This document shows, piece after piece, positions 44,008-53,985 of a stretch of DNA of 64,000 nucleotides. Where the stretch lies: contig OZ250169.1 in assembly GCA_965237955.1 (NCBI GenBank), forward strand, positions 2,848,001-2,912,000, read 5' to 3'. How positions within the stretch are numbered: position 1 is the first letter of the stretch; each line of letters begins with the position of its first letter. The notes below the pieces were generated by a model, which made no database searches, was not told the origin of the DNA, and saw nothing but the letters and a program-made list of their open reading frames with translations. Position numbers and translations under genes: made by a program. The stretch is from Candidatus Marinacidobacterales bacterium. GTDB taxonomy: Bacteria > Acidobacteriota > Vicinamibacteria > Marinacidobacterales > SMYC01.

Positions 44008-45441
44008 GAGTGTGCCAATCTTAGTTGGACATTGAAACGGCTCCAAACCCCGTGGTTTGATGACGTTGGCAAAACAACATCAAGCCACAAGAGAAAGGAG
44101 CCAAGATGGGAAGTCTGCTACGTACCGCCAAGAAACACAAGAAGTCACGTCGTTTGGGTGAGGTCGAGGTCGTGAAGAGAGAGGAGTACGGGGAGCTTGA
44201 GCTGGATGCCAAGGTCGAGATGATCCGTGCGTTGGTCCCCCTTGGTCTAATGCGCGTTCACGAGTTGCTCGACGACGAGGTGAAGGCGTTGGCGGGAGAG
44301 CGATACGCTCGCAAGGACGAGCCGGAGCGTGGTCGCCGCCACGGAACCAACCCTGGCACGGTGGGACTAGCAGGGCAGCGGGTACCGATCCGTGTGCCAC
44401 GGGTTCGGAGCATCGAGGGAGGAGAGATACCGCTTCGTTCCTACGAGGCGCTGAGCGCGGGTGGAGAGGTGAATGATCTTTTGCTGAGACGAGTGCTGTA
44501 CGGAATCTCGTGTCGCAACTACGAGGCGGCAGCGGAGGCGATTCCGGGTGCCATCGGGCTGTCGAGTTCGACGGTGTCTCGAGGTTTCGTGCAAGCGAGC
44601 GCGTCGAAGCTCCGGGAGATGCAAGAACGAGATCTATCCGGTGAAGATGTGGTCGCGATGTTCCTGGACGGGAAGACGTTCGCCGAGGCAATGATGGTCG
44701 TAGCGCTGGGCATCACGGTTTCCGGGGAAAAACGCTTCTTGGGCTTCGTGGAAACGGACACGGAGAACGCGCAGGTGTTGACGCCGTTCCTGCGTTGCTT
44801 GCTCGAGCGGGGACTCGATATCTCCCAGGGTCTACTGGTGGTCATCGACGGCGCCAAGGGCCTCCAGGCGGCCGTAAAGAAGGCATTCCGTAAGCGGGCC
44901 CTAATACAACGGTGCCAGTGGCATAAACGTGAAAATGTCGTGAGCTACCTGTCCAAGGGCGAGCAGGCGTCGTTGCGCAAGCGGCTGCAGCGGGCCTACG
45001 ACAGGCCAGAATACAAAGAGGCCCTCGCTGCACTCAACCAACTCCACGGTGAGTTGGAAGAGCGGAACCAATCCGCAGCTGGCAGCCTGGAGGAAGGGCT
45101 CGAGGCGACACTGACGCTGCATCGACTGGGCGTGTACGGCATGCTGGGCCGTTCCTTCAAGACAACGAACTGCCTTGAATCCGTCAATGCTCTCGTTGAG
45201 GAACGCTGCGCGAAGGTCGACCACTGGAAGAACTCCAGCCAACGCCAGCGGTGGCTAGCGACGGCGCTCGTGGATATTGAACCGCGCTTGCGGAAGGTGG
45301 TGGGGTACCGCCATCTTCCCAAGCTTCGCGAAGCTCTCAAACGGGAACTGAAGATCGAGACGAAGACATCAACGCTATCGACGACGAAGAAGGTCGCGTA
45401 ATCGTGAGCCGTGGAGAGTTTCAACTAAGCATCGTACGCGC
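44008..45441 (+). mobile_element. IS256-family element
   Basis: Imperfect IRs sharing CTTAGTTG; no TSD seen. Confidence 0.8.
44106..45401 (+). CDS. IS256-family transposase
   Basis: MFLDG, VIDGAKGL, QRCQWHKREN, TTNCLES. Confidence 0.95.
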   Translation: MGSLLRTAKKHKKSRRLGEVEVVKREEYGELELDAKVEMIRALVPLGLMRVHELLDDEVKALAGERYARKDEPERGRRHGTNPGTVGLAGQRVPIRVPRVRSIEGGEIPLRSYEALSAGGEVNDLLLRRVLYGISCRNYEAAAEAIPGAIGLSSSTVSRGFVQASASKLREMQERDLSGEDVVAMFLDGKTFAEAMMVVALGITVSGEKRFLGFVETDTENAQVLTPFLRCLLERGLDISQGLLVVIDGAKGLQAAVKKAFRKRALIQRCQWHKRENVVSYLSKGEQASLRKRLQRAYDRPEYKEALAALNQLHGELEERNQSAAGSLEEGLEATLTLHRLGVYGMLGRSFKTTNCLESVNALVEERCAKVDHWKNSSQRQRWLATALVDIEPRLRKVVGYRHLPKLREALKRELKIETKTSTLSTTKKVA

Positions 45442-45672
45442 AGGGCTCGCGATCTATCTGGGTAGAAACTCCAGTGCTGCATGGAGCGTCCGTTTCATAC
45501 AATAGCGGGAGCATCCGGGAACCGAGGCCGACTCAACACTGGTGCGATCCAGCCCGTAACTAAGCATGGCCCGGGGATGTTTCGGCACTGTCAGTGGTGA
45601 CACGCGTGAGCGTGATCCCGTTTAGGAGAATGTAACGAATGCCCATCCCTGTTCCCGGATGCTTCACGAAGT

Positions 45673-47076
45673 ATGAAGGAGCATCTGATGAAGCACAATC
45701 GTCGTCAACCCAAGAAGCGGACTTCTCCATCCCTGCTGAAGCAAATCAACGTGAATGTCGCTGGGATCGATTGCGGCTCGGCCGAGCATTTCGTCGCAGT
45801 TCCACCGGAGCGCGATCCTAAACCGATCCGTTCCTTCAGGAGTTTCACGGCCGATCTTCATCGGCTCGCCGACTGGCTCGCGACTTGCGGCGTGACGAGC
45901 ATCGCGATGGAGTCGACCGGCGTCTACTGGATCGCACTGTATGAAATCCTCGAAGCCCGTGGCTTCCAGGTCCTCTTGGTCAACGCGCGCCACGTCAAAA
46001 ACGTCCCGGGGCGCAAGAGCGATGTCAGCGATTGCGAATGGCTCCGGGAGTTGCACAGCGTGGGGTTGCTCCGCGGAAGCTTTCGACCCGAAGCAGCCAT
46101 CACCGCCCTTCGTGGCTACCTCCGCCACCGAGAGACTCTCGTTCAGAGTGCGGTAACCCATATCCAGCGCATGCAGAAGGCTCTCGTGCAAATGAATCTT
46201 CAACTCCACCTTGTGGTCACTGATATCACGGGTGTCACTGGCATGCGGATTCTACGAGACATCGTTGCCGGACAAACCGACCCCCATCGGCTCGCTAAGC
46301 ACCGTGACCACCGTTGTCAGTCCTCCGAGGCCGAGATCGCCGCTGCACTCACCGGCAACTATCGCCCCGAGCACCTCTTCGCTCTCAAGCAGAACCTCGA
46401 ACTCTTTGATGCTTTTCAGCTCCAGATCCAAACCTGTGACGTGGCCATCGAATCGCACCTGCAGCTTCTAGCTCAACGCTCAACCCCGAACACCTCCTTG
46501 CCACCGCCTCGAAAATCGCGCAAGCCCCGAGTGAACGAACCTCGGTTCGAGCTCCGGCCTCTCCTCCACCAGATCGCCGGGGTCGACCTCTCCCAGATCG
46601 ACGCCATCGGACCCTATTCCGCGCTTCGCTTGCTCGCCGAGATCGGTACCGATATGAACCGATGGCCTACTGAAAAGCACTTCACTTCCTGGCTTACCCT
46701 CGCGCCCAATAACAAAATCTCCGGCGGGCGACTCCTCAGCTCGAAAACACAACCCTCTGCAAACCGGGCCGCTGGCATTCTCCGCATGGCCGCACTCAGC
46801 CTCGGGCGTACACAGACCGCTCTCGGCGCCTACTATCGACGTCTCGCCTATCGCGTCGGTAAATCCAAAGCCATCACCGCCACCGCTCGAAAGCTCGCCA
46901 TTCTCGTCTACCGCACTCTCAAGGATGGGCTCGTCTATCAAGACCCCGGGGCCGCCGCCTACAACGCTCAAGATCGCTCCCGTGCCGTGCGCCGCCTGAC
47001 CCAACGCGCCGCTGACCTCGGTTTCGCTCTCATCGACACTCAAACGGGCGACGTCGTTCAGGCGGTAGTTTCTTAG
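45673..47076 (+). CDS. IS110-family transposase, copy 2
   Basis: Protein identical to copy 1. Confidence 0.97.
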   Translation: MKEHLMKHNRRQPKKRTSPSLLKQINVNVAGIDCGSAEHFVAVPPERDPKPIRSFRSFTADLHRLADWLATCGVTSIAMESTGVYWIALYEILEARGFQVLLVNARHVKNVPGRKSDVSDCEWLRELHSVGLLRGSFRPEAAITALRGYLRHRETLVQSAVTHIQRMQKALVQMNLQLHLVVTDITGVTGMRILRDIVAGQTDPHRLAKHRDHRCQSSEAEIAAALTGNYRPEHLFALKQNLELFDAFQLQIQTCDVAIESHLQLLAQRSTPNTSLPPPRKSRKPRVNEPRFELRPLLHQIAGVDLSQIDAIGPYSALRLLAEIGTDMNRWPTEKHFTSWLTLAPNNKISGGRLLSSKTQPSANRAAGILRMAALSLGRTQTALGAYYRRLAYRVGKSKAITATARKLAILVYRTLKDGLVYQDPGAAAYNAQDRSRAVRRLTQRAADLGFALIDTQTGDVVQAVVS

Positions 47077-47516
47077 GAGGAGAATGGGCTTGACTCTTGG
47101 TCAATATCCAATCCCTTGAAACTTCCGATCCATGCTTCCGAACGACGGATTCGTCAGTCGCTAGTCCCTCCAAGCTTTTCTCAGATAGACGGTTATCTGA
47201 TCGAGGGTTCCGGCCTTACTGTCCGATCGGTGAAAATGAGATCCAAACTTTTGAACACGAAGAATATCGAGCAGGAGTCGGCCCGCTAATCTACTCATTT
47301 CTAGAGACTTACGCATTATCTTTCGGTGCTAGCTGTGGAATAGAACTTGCATAATCATTTAGGCAGGAGGCTCTGTGCTCTCCAAAGTCATATCTACTTT
47401 CTTGCAGGTGTCGACGTAGGCTATCGCCTGTTCTGACATCTTCTGTTGCAAAGCCTCCTTTTGTAGGGATCGTGCTTCGCCGGGTTTCGGTGGGGTATTA
47501 AGAGGGAGGCAAACTG

Positions 47517-50495
47517 ATGTTATTTAAGTCAATAATAGTTCGTGGTGCGTCACTGCACGTAGTGATGGTGGTGCCGCTGGCCCTTTTACTGGCCTGCGGG
47601 GCGGCCTTCGCGCAGGAAATCACCGGAGGCATCTACGGCAAAGTCACGGATGAGCAAGGGCTTGTTGTACCAGGAGCGACGGTGACGATCACCAGTTCCC
47701 AGCACATCGGGAAGGAGGTCCGAGTCACCACGGAGGAGGGTACCTACCGGGTCCAGCGGCTCACGCCATCGAACAACTACACCGTGCTCGTGGAGTTGGT
47801 AGGATTTAAAACCATCACCCATCGAGAGGTGATCGTGCGTGCCGGGCAGTTCATCGCGGTGGATGCACAATTGTCCGCGGGGGCGGTGGTGGAGAACATT
47901 ACCGTCGTTGGCAGAGCGCCGCTGCTCGACGTCAAGAGCTCGGCGTCGTTGCGGACCTTGGAGTCCGCTCAGATGGAGAATATCCCCCTGGGGCGTGATA
48001 TTACGTCTCTCCTCAATTCGCTTCCTGGCGTCCTGGATGCGGGGCGAGGTGGACAACAAACGGTTCACGGGAGCGATCCACGCGGCAACGTGTACACCAT
48101 CGACGGAGCGAATGCCAATGACACCACGGTAGGTACCAAACTCACGTCCATCCCGATAGACATGATCGAGGAAGTTCAGCTCACGACATCGGGTATGCCC
48201 GCGGAGTTTGGCAATGCCCATGGCGGGGTTTTCAACATCGTGACCAAGTCAGGAGGGAACGACTTCCATGGTACGGCCAGCTTCTATTACGAGGGCGAGG
48301 ACTTGGAGGCGAACAACGTCTCGCCCGAGCGCGCGGAGGAGCTCGGGACAGGGACGAGCACGGTCAAGGACCAGGAGATTGGTGGAACTTTTGGAGGGCC
48401 GATCAAGAAAGACAAGATCTGGTTCTTCGCCAATTTCCGTCTCCTCGACTCGGAGCGGCGACAACCCATACTCCCCGATCAGAAAATTGAATCCGACCAG
48501 CAACAGTCCTTCCTGAAGCTCACCTGGGATATACGCCCGGGATCCCGGCTCCACGGGTCTCTCACGACCCGTAGCTCGAGTCGCTTTCCGGCTAACATCA
48601 GCGTCGGAAGGGCCAACAGCCCGGAGACCTGGTCAGATTCTAAGAGTGACGCGAAGATCTTGAATATCGCGAGTACGCATCTGTGGGGGGCTGACACCAT
48701 CCTGGACTTGCAGTTCCACAAGGTGTGGAAAGGTACCTCTCGGGACACTCCCAACAACCCCGGGAGCAAAGTCGGCCTTCTCGACGTCGCTACGCAAGTA
48801 CAGACCGGAGGGATCACCAGCGGTCTCCCCCAAACAGATTGCCGGTGTACAACGGGATTCAAAGCCGATCTCTCACACTTCCGCGAGAACTGGGCGGGAG
48901 GCTCCCACGAGATCAAGGGCGGCTTCTTTGTGGACTTCCCGACTTTCGACCGGTCGCAGTCGTACCCGAATGGGGAGGATGTCCAACAACGCCTCTTCGA
49001 CGGGGCGCCCTATCGGGTAACCCTGGAGTGGTATCCGGTCGAAGATCGACTCGCGCTTGACCGCTATGGACTGTACCTGCAGGACCAGTGGACGATTGGA
49101 CGGCGGGCCACTCTGAACCTCGGAGTCCGGTGGGTCACGCAAGAAGGCTGGATTCCCGCGCAGTCTCGAGGAGGCGGCCGCTGGTTCCGCAGGGAGTCCT
49201 TCTCGGAGATCCGCGACGTCATCAACTTGAGCAACATCGAGCCGCGCCTTGGTCTCTCGTATGGACTGGGTGAGGAGCAAAGGAGTTCCCTCAAAGTCAG
49301 TTACGGGCGCTACTACCGGAACCTCCTGACCCAGGACACACTCCCTGGCGCCCCCAGTTCCGGTGGCACCGAAACGTACGGATGGAACGACCTGAATGGC
49401 GATTTCGTATTCCAGGACGGTGAGCGGGGAGACCTCGTCGGAAGTGAGTTGAACCCCAACATTAGGGATAACTCGAACTTCGTCGATCCCGACTTGACGA
49501 ATTCTTACGTGGATATCTTTAACGTTGCGCTCGATCATGAATTGGCGAACGACTTCGTCTTGTCGGTGGGGGGAATCTTCAAGCGCAAACGTAACATCAT
49601 AGAGGACACTCGTCTGCGGGAAGGAGGAGACCAACAAAACCCGTTCAATGACTACAGGCCGCTCGAGGTGGTCAACCCGTTCGATGACTCCCCCCTCACC
49701 ATCTTTGCCCTGAGACCGGAGTTTCTGGGGTCTCGGAGCCGCCGTTTCCTGACCAACCCCGACTTCGCGGGGAAACTCTACCAGAACTACAACGGGCTGG
49801 AGATCACCGCAAAAAGACGTTTTCGCGACGGCTGGCAATTGTTGGCGTCGTACATCCTCAGCGAGGCGGAGGGCAACATCTCCAACGACTTCAATGGCAC
49901 CACGACCTACAACCGTGTCTACAATGACCCCAATTCACTCATCAACGCGGAAGGGAATGTGTCCCAGGACGCCACCCATGCGTTCAAGCTCCAGGGAACT
50001 TACACATTCCCCTACGATATATTGGTGAGCGGGTTCTACCAGGCGACGACCGGTTTCCCTCTCCTGCTGTTCCGTGAACAAACTAACACGTCTCAGGGGG
50101 TCTACATCGCGCGTTTTTTCCAAGGCTGCCCCGCCACGGGCACGGGCACGGGCGCGGCCAAGGGTGATGGAGGGGGAGCCGGCGGTTGTCGGCCGCTTGG
50201 GCCGTGGCCACTTGGTACTCAAGGAATCGTGGTGGAGGGCAACATCGATGCGAACGCGGTACCGATCGGTACCTTCCGCCTCGACCCCTCGCACAAACTC
50301 GACCTCCGAGTGGAAAAGCAATTTCCGCTCGGGAACGGAAAGCGATTGGGGATCATCTTTGATGTATTCAATGTAGCCAATGCTAGCCGGGTTAGGAGCA
50401 TCCAGACAAACTTTCTGGACCAACCGAATTTCTTGAGGGCGGCGTCGATCGAATCACCCCGTATCCTAAGAATCGGCGTGCGCTTCCAGTTCTAA
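47517..50495 (+). CDS. TonB-dependent receptor (Oar-like, carboxypeptidase-regulatory-like domain)
   Basis: PAEFGNAHGGVFNIVTKSGGNDFHG; LYLQDQW; C-terminal RFQF. Confidence 0.95.
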   Translation: MLFKSIIVRGASLHVVMVVPLALLLACGAAFAQEITGGIYGKVTDEQGLVVPGATVTITSSQHIGKEVRVTTEEGTYRVQRLTPSNNYTVLVELVGFKTITHREVIVRAGQFIAVDAQLSAGAVVENITVVGRAPLLDVKSSASLRTLESAQMENIPLGRDITSLLNSLPGVLDAGRGGQQTVHGSDPRGNVYTIDGANANDTTVGTKLTSIPIDMIEEVQLTTSGMPAEFGNAHGGVFNIVTKSGGNDFHGTASFYYEGEDLEANNVSPERAEELGTGTSTVKDQEIGGTFGGPIKKDKIWFFANFRLLDSERRQPILPDQKIESDQQQSFLKLTWDIRPGSRLHGSLTTRSSSRFPANISVGRANSPETWSDSKSDAKILNIASTHLWGADTILDLQFHKVWKGTSRDTPNNPGSKVGLLDVATQVQTGGITSGLPQTDCRCTTGFKADLSHFRENWAGGSHEIKGGFFVDFPTFDRSQSYPNGEDVQQRLFDGAPYRVTLEWYPVEDRLALDRYGLYLQDQWTIGRRATLNLGVRWVTQEGWIPAQSRGGGRWFRRESFSEIRDVINLSNIEPRLGLSYGLGEEQRSSLKVSYGRYYRNLLTQDTLPGAPSSGGTETYGWNDLNGDFVFQDGERGDLVGSELNPNIRDNSNFVDPDLTNSYVDIFNVALDHELANDFVLSVGGIFKRKRNIIEDTRLREGGDQQNPFNDYRPLEVVNPFDDSPLTIFALRPEFLGSRSRRFLTNPDFAGKLYQNYNGLEITAKRRFRDGWQLLASYILSEAEGNISNDFNGTTTYNRVYNDPNSLINAEGNVSQDATHAFKLQGTYTFPYDILVSGFYQATTGFPLLLFREQTNTSQGVYIARFFQGCPATGTGTGAAKGDGGGAGGCRPLGPWPLGTQGIVVEGNIDANAVPIGTFRLDPSHKLDLRVEKQFPLGNGKRLGIIFDVFNVANASRVRSIQTNFLDQPNFLRAASIESPRILRIGVRFQF

Positions 50496-50556
50496 TAAGT
50501 GTTGGCGTTGGAGGCACGGAAAGCGTAACCATCTAGCTCACTGAAGAGCGGCAGAG

Positions 50557-50592
50557 AAACCGGGGTGTCAGGAGAGGCACCCCGGTTTTTTT
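50557..50592 (+). terminator. Rho-independent terminator
   Basis: AAACCGGGGTG-loop-CACCCCGGTTT followed by a T tract, ~60 bp after the stop. Confidence 0.85.
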
Positions 50593-50989
50593 GGGACTTA
50601 TACCTATGGCTTGACACGCGCCCGCCGCTTCCGGTGGGCGGCGAGGCTGGATTTGGCATGGCGCTTGCGCTTGCGCTTCCGCTCGTCGTCACCGTCCTGC
50701 GGCTTAGGTACGCAGTGTGGATCGTAATAAGTCATCGTGTCTCCCGTTGGGAGACAGCCGGACGAGCCCGGCCTCGGTGAGTTCGGGCGCTGTGGGCTGC
50801 GCCAGCAGCCCAGCCATGTAGCGGCGGCGGATTTCCCTGTTTTCCTAGCGGCTTCCGTGTTCCACTATCGCCCTTAATGGGGTTGTCAAGCTAGCGGTAT
50901 AAGTCCCGTTTTTTTGGCCATCAGGACGGGTGCCTTTAAACACGGACCGACAGGAAGTGGCTAGGAGACGCTGTTAACTGACCGCGGCC

Positions 50990-51512
50990 GAGAGAGTTCC
51001 TCGCCGTCACGACACGGCTGCTTGAAACGGGTGAAGTTATCCCTCAGGAACTGATTGATAAATTGAAAAAAGCCACTCACTTAAACCAGGGCTCTGCGAC
51101 GGTTGGATACCTGTCGGCTGCGTTCCTGGACCTGGACTTGCACACACTCACGGAACCTCAAGAACTGGATTTAGAGAAGTTTGAAACCGAATCACGCAAC
51201 AAGATCGGTCTTATTCCGGAGATTGGAGTCAGATACAGAAGTACCTATTTCGAACATATCTTCAACCACGGACACTCCTCGGAATATTACAGCTACATAT
51301 GGACCGAGGTTCTTGATGCCCATGCCTTTTTAGTATTCGAAGAGAGAGGCCTCTTTGACCAAACAACAGCACAGGCATTCAGGAAGAATATTCTTGAGAG
51401 AGGCGGCACGGAAGATCCGATGACACTTTATGAGCGCTTCAGGGGGGCTGAGCCCAGCATTGAGCCTTTGCTGAAGAGAAAAGGCCTCGAATCTCCTGAG
51501 AATTCGATATAA
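50990..51512 (+). pseudogene. M3-family peptidase (Dcp-like) C-terminal fragment
   Basis: ETGEVIPQELIDKL...RYRSTYFEHIF...YYSYIWTEVLDA...YERFRGAEP. Confidence 0.85.
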
Positions 51513-51599
51513 AGCCTTTTGAACTGAAACGGAAAGAGTGCCACTCTTGGTTGGAAATTGGAGGAAGGTCGCAGGAAAAATCGTGCGCCGTGGAGAGTT

Positions 51600-51770
51600 C
51601 CTAGTGCTGGAACCCTCTGATCCTGTCGGCAAAGGCCGAGGTGGATCGTCTACGAGACGCGCAAGGCGCCAAGCGGATCTTCGAATCGACGAAAGCGTCT
51701 CGAGGGCGATCGTTCCCTGCTAGCGCGATCCGTTCTCCGTAACCGTTTCCGTGGACGTCTGCTCGAACTC
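51600..51770. repeat. Copy of 42133-42300 (CRTAC1 3' end and downstream DNA), followed by a family C end at 51776
   Basis: Near-identical sequence. Confidence 0.85.
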
Positions 51771-52014
51771 GACCGCGTCGTGTCCAAAAACTGAAACGGC
51801 CTGAATGGCAGCTCGAACACCTGTCTGCGAGACGGCTGAGCCGCGGCTGGAACCGTTGCCCTTGTGCAGATCGGAGCCGAGCAAACTTGCCGCGATGGAG
51901 GCGCCAAGCGTTACGCGGCCTCACGGTAATAGTATTTGAGTAGTCCACCCAAGCGCTGGCGACACCGGACGGGGCCTTGACGCTCTCCGATGCGCCGCCT
52001 GAGGGTTCGCTCCC

Positions 52015-53102
52015 GGGTCGAGGGGGACCGGGTGCGGGTCATCGTGGACAATCACTTGCCGGAGATGACCAGCGTGCACTGGCACGGCTTCGAGCTTCCC
52101 ATCGAGATGGACGGCGTTCCGGGCCTCACCCAGGACCCGATTCCACCGGGCGGCCGTTTCGTCTATGAGTTCACCTTGCACCAGAAAGGAACCTTCTTCT
52201 ACCACTCGCATATGCCTATGCAGGAAATGATGGGGATGATCGGCATATTCATCATGCATCCGAAGACACCGGAACGGCCGCGGGTGGACAAGCACTTTGG
52301 GCTCATCCTTCAGGAGTGGGCCATCCTACCTAACAACACGATTCCCAACACCCTGTCGATGGAGTTCAACTGGCTGACGATGAACGGAAAAGCCGGGCCG
52401 GCCACGACGCCGCTGATCGTGAAGCAGGGAGAACGCGTACGGGTTCGGCTCGTCAACTTGGGAATGGACCATCATCCGATTCACCTCCACGGCGTTCAAT
52501 TCGATATCACCGGCACCGAGGGAGGGAGGGTTCCGCGAACGGCCTGGTATCCGACGAACACCGTCCTGGTGGGGGTCGCTCAGGCCAAGGACATCGAGTT
52601 CGAGGCGATCTATCCGGGCGACTGGATCTTCCACTGCCACCTTCCGCACCACATGATGAATCAAATGGTCTCGATGGTCGGCCCCATGACCCACGTGGGC
52701 TCGGGAATGCACTCGGGCATGAGTATGGAGGACGGCATGGGGATGATTCGGCAGGGCCAGGCTCTGTCAGAAGATCTCGGGCCCAGCATGGGACGCGCTA
52801 TCGGATTGCCCAACCGGGAGAGGGAGATCTCCCATCTGGTCGGCCGGGAAAATGAGGGGCAACACGAGCAGCATGGCAGCCCCGGTGCGGAGAACCCCTG
52901 GAGCGTACCGGGCTACCCGCAAGACATGTGGATGACCATGGACGAAATGGTGGCGAAGCCCGAGACCTACGGAATGCGCCCGGGCTGGAGTGGTGGGGTC
53001 ATGGGAATGATGACCGTGGTTCGGGTCCTCCCAGAGGAGATGTACAACAAGGTGATGGCGCTCGTCGGGGAGAAAAAGCAGGCGTCAGCGGCTGCAGATT
53101 GA
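52015..53102 (+). pseudogene. Two-domain multicopper oxidase with Met-rich tail, 5' truncated
   Basis: HWHG, YHSH, HPIHLHG, HCHLPHH; no signal peptide or N-terminal region. Confidence 0.88.
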
Positions 53103-53431
53103 CGGTGATGGGCGGGTTCAATGGCGCCGGCTTAGGTTCGCTGTTTTGCGGTCGAGATAATCAGGCTCGTCTCTTCCGGCTTGATCGCTTGCTTCGGACG
53201 CGCACAGCAAAGGAAGAGAGAAGGCTGCCTGGGAGATGAAAGAGGAAAATCAACCAAAGCGAGCTCCCGCCGCCACGGGGCTCGCCGAGGCCGGCGGGAT
53301 TTAGGATGATGCATGATCCGGCACACGGCCACCCGCTTGGCCAATCACAGAATTTCGATGCGCCAGCTCCAGATCCACCTACCGGGTGGACGCGGGCGGG
53401 TGCCTTCAATCACACGAAAGGAGCAACAGTA

Positions 53432-53878
53432 ATGATCGTGAAGAGGACAGCCGTACTTCTGTTTTGCGTTGGTCTCGTGGTGGCCTTTGTTTCCTGTCGG
53501 TCGTCGCAGGGTGCTACCCGGGAGGAAACACAACACACCGAACACACCGAACAACACGCCGATTCGCCAGCTGGGGAGCAATTGGAGCAAATCAGGTCGT
53601 CGCTCTTGGAAGTGACGACCGAGTTGAATGAGCAGGGCAAATACAATTGCTGTATCGAGCCGCGCTGCAGCTGGTGTGCGCTCCACGAAGGCGAGTGTGA
53701 GTGCTTCAACAATCTTCAACAAGGCGAAGAGGTGTGCCCGGGATGCGGATTGGGTTGGCACAACGGGAACGGCATCGTCGAGGGTGTCAGCGTCAGCGAA
53801 GTGAAGTGGAACATTGCTCACAGTCATGGCGAACATGGCTCTCACGAAAACGGCTCGGAGGAGCAACCCGAGCAGTAA
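53432..53878 (+). CDS. Cys/His-rich putative lipoprotein
   Basis: AAGGAG RBS; FVSC lipobox-like; CCIEPRCSWC...CEC...CPGC; HSHGEHGSH tail. Confidence 0.8.
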   Translation: MIVKRTAVLLFCVGLVVAFVSCRSSQGATREETQHTEHTEQHADSPAGEQLEQIRSSLLEVTTELNEQGKYNCCIEPRCSWCALHEGECECFNNLQQGEEVCPGCGLGWHNGNGIVEGVSVSEVKWNIAHSHGEHGSHENGSEEQPEQ

Positions 53879-53985
53879 TCCAATGGCCGGGTGAAGGTTG
53901 ACGCCAGGGCTTGACCGCCGTCCACGGCGTTTCGCCTCGCTCGGGAGCTTCGATTTAACTTCGTTGGAGGAAGGAGGAAAAAAGT

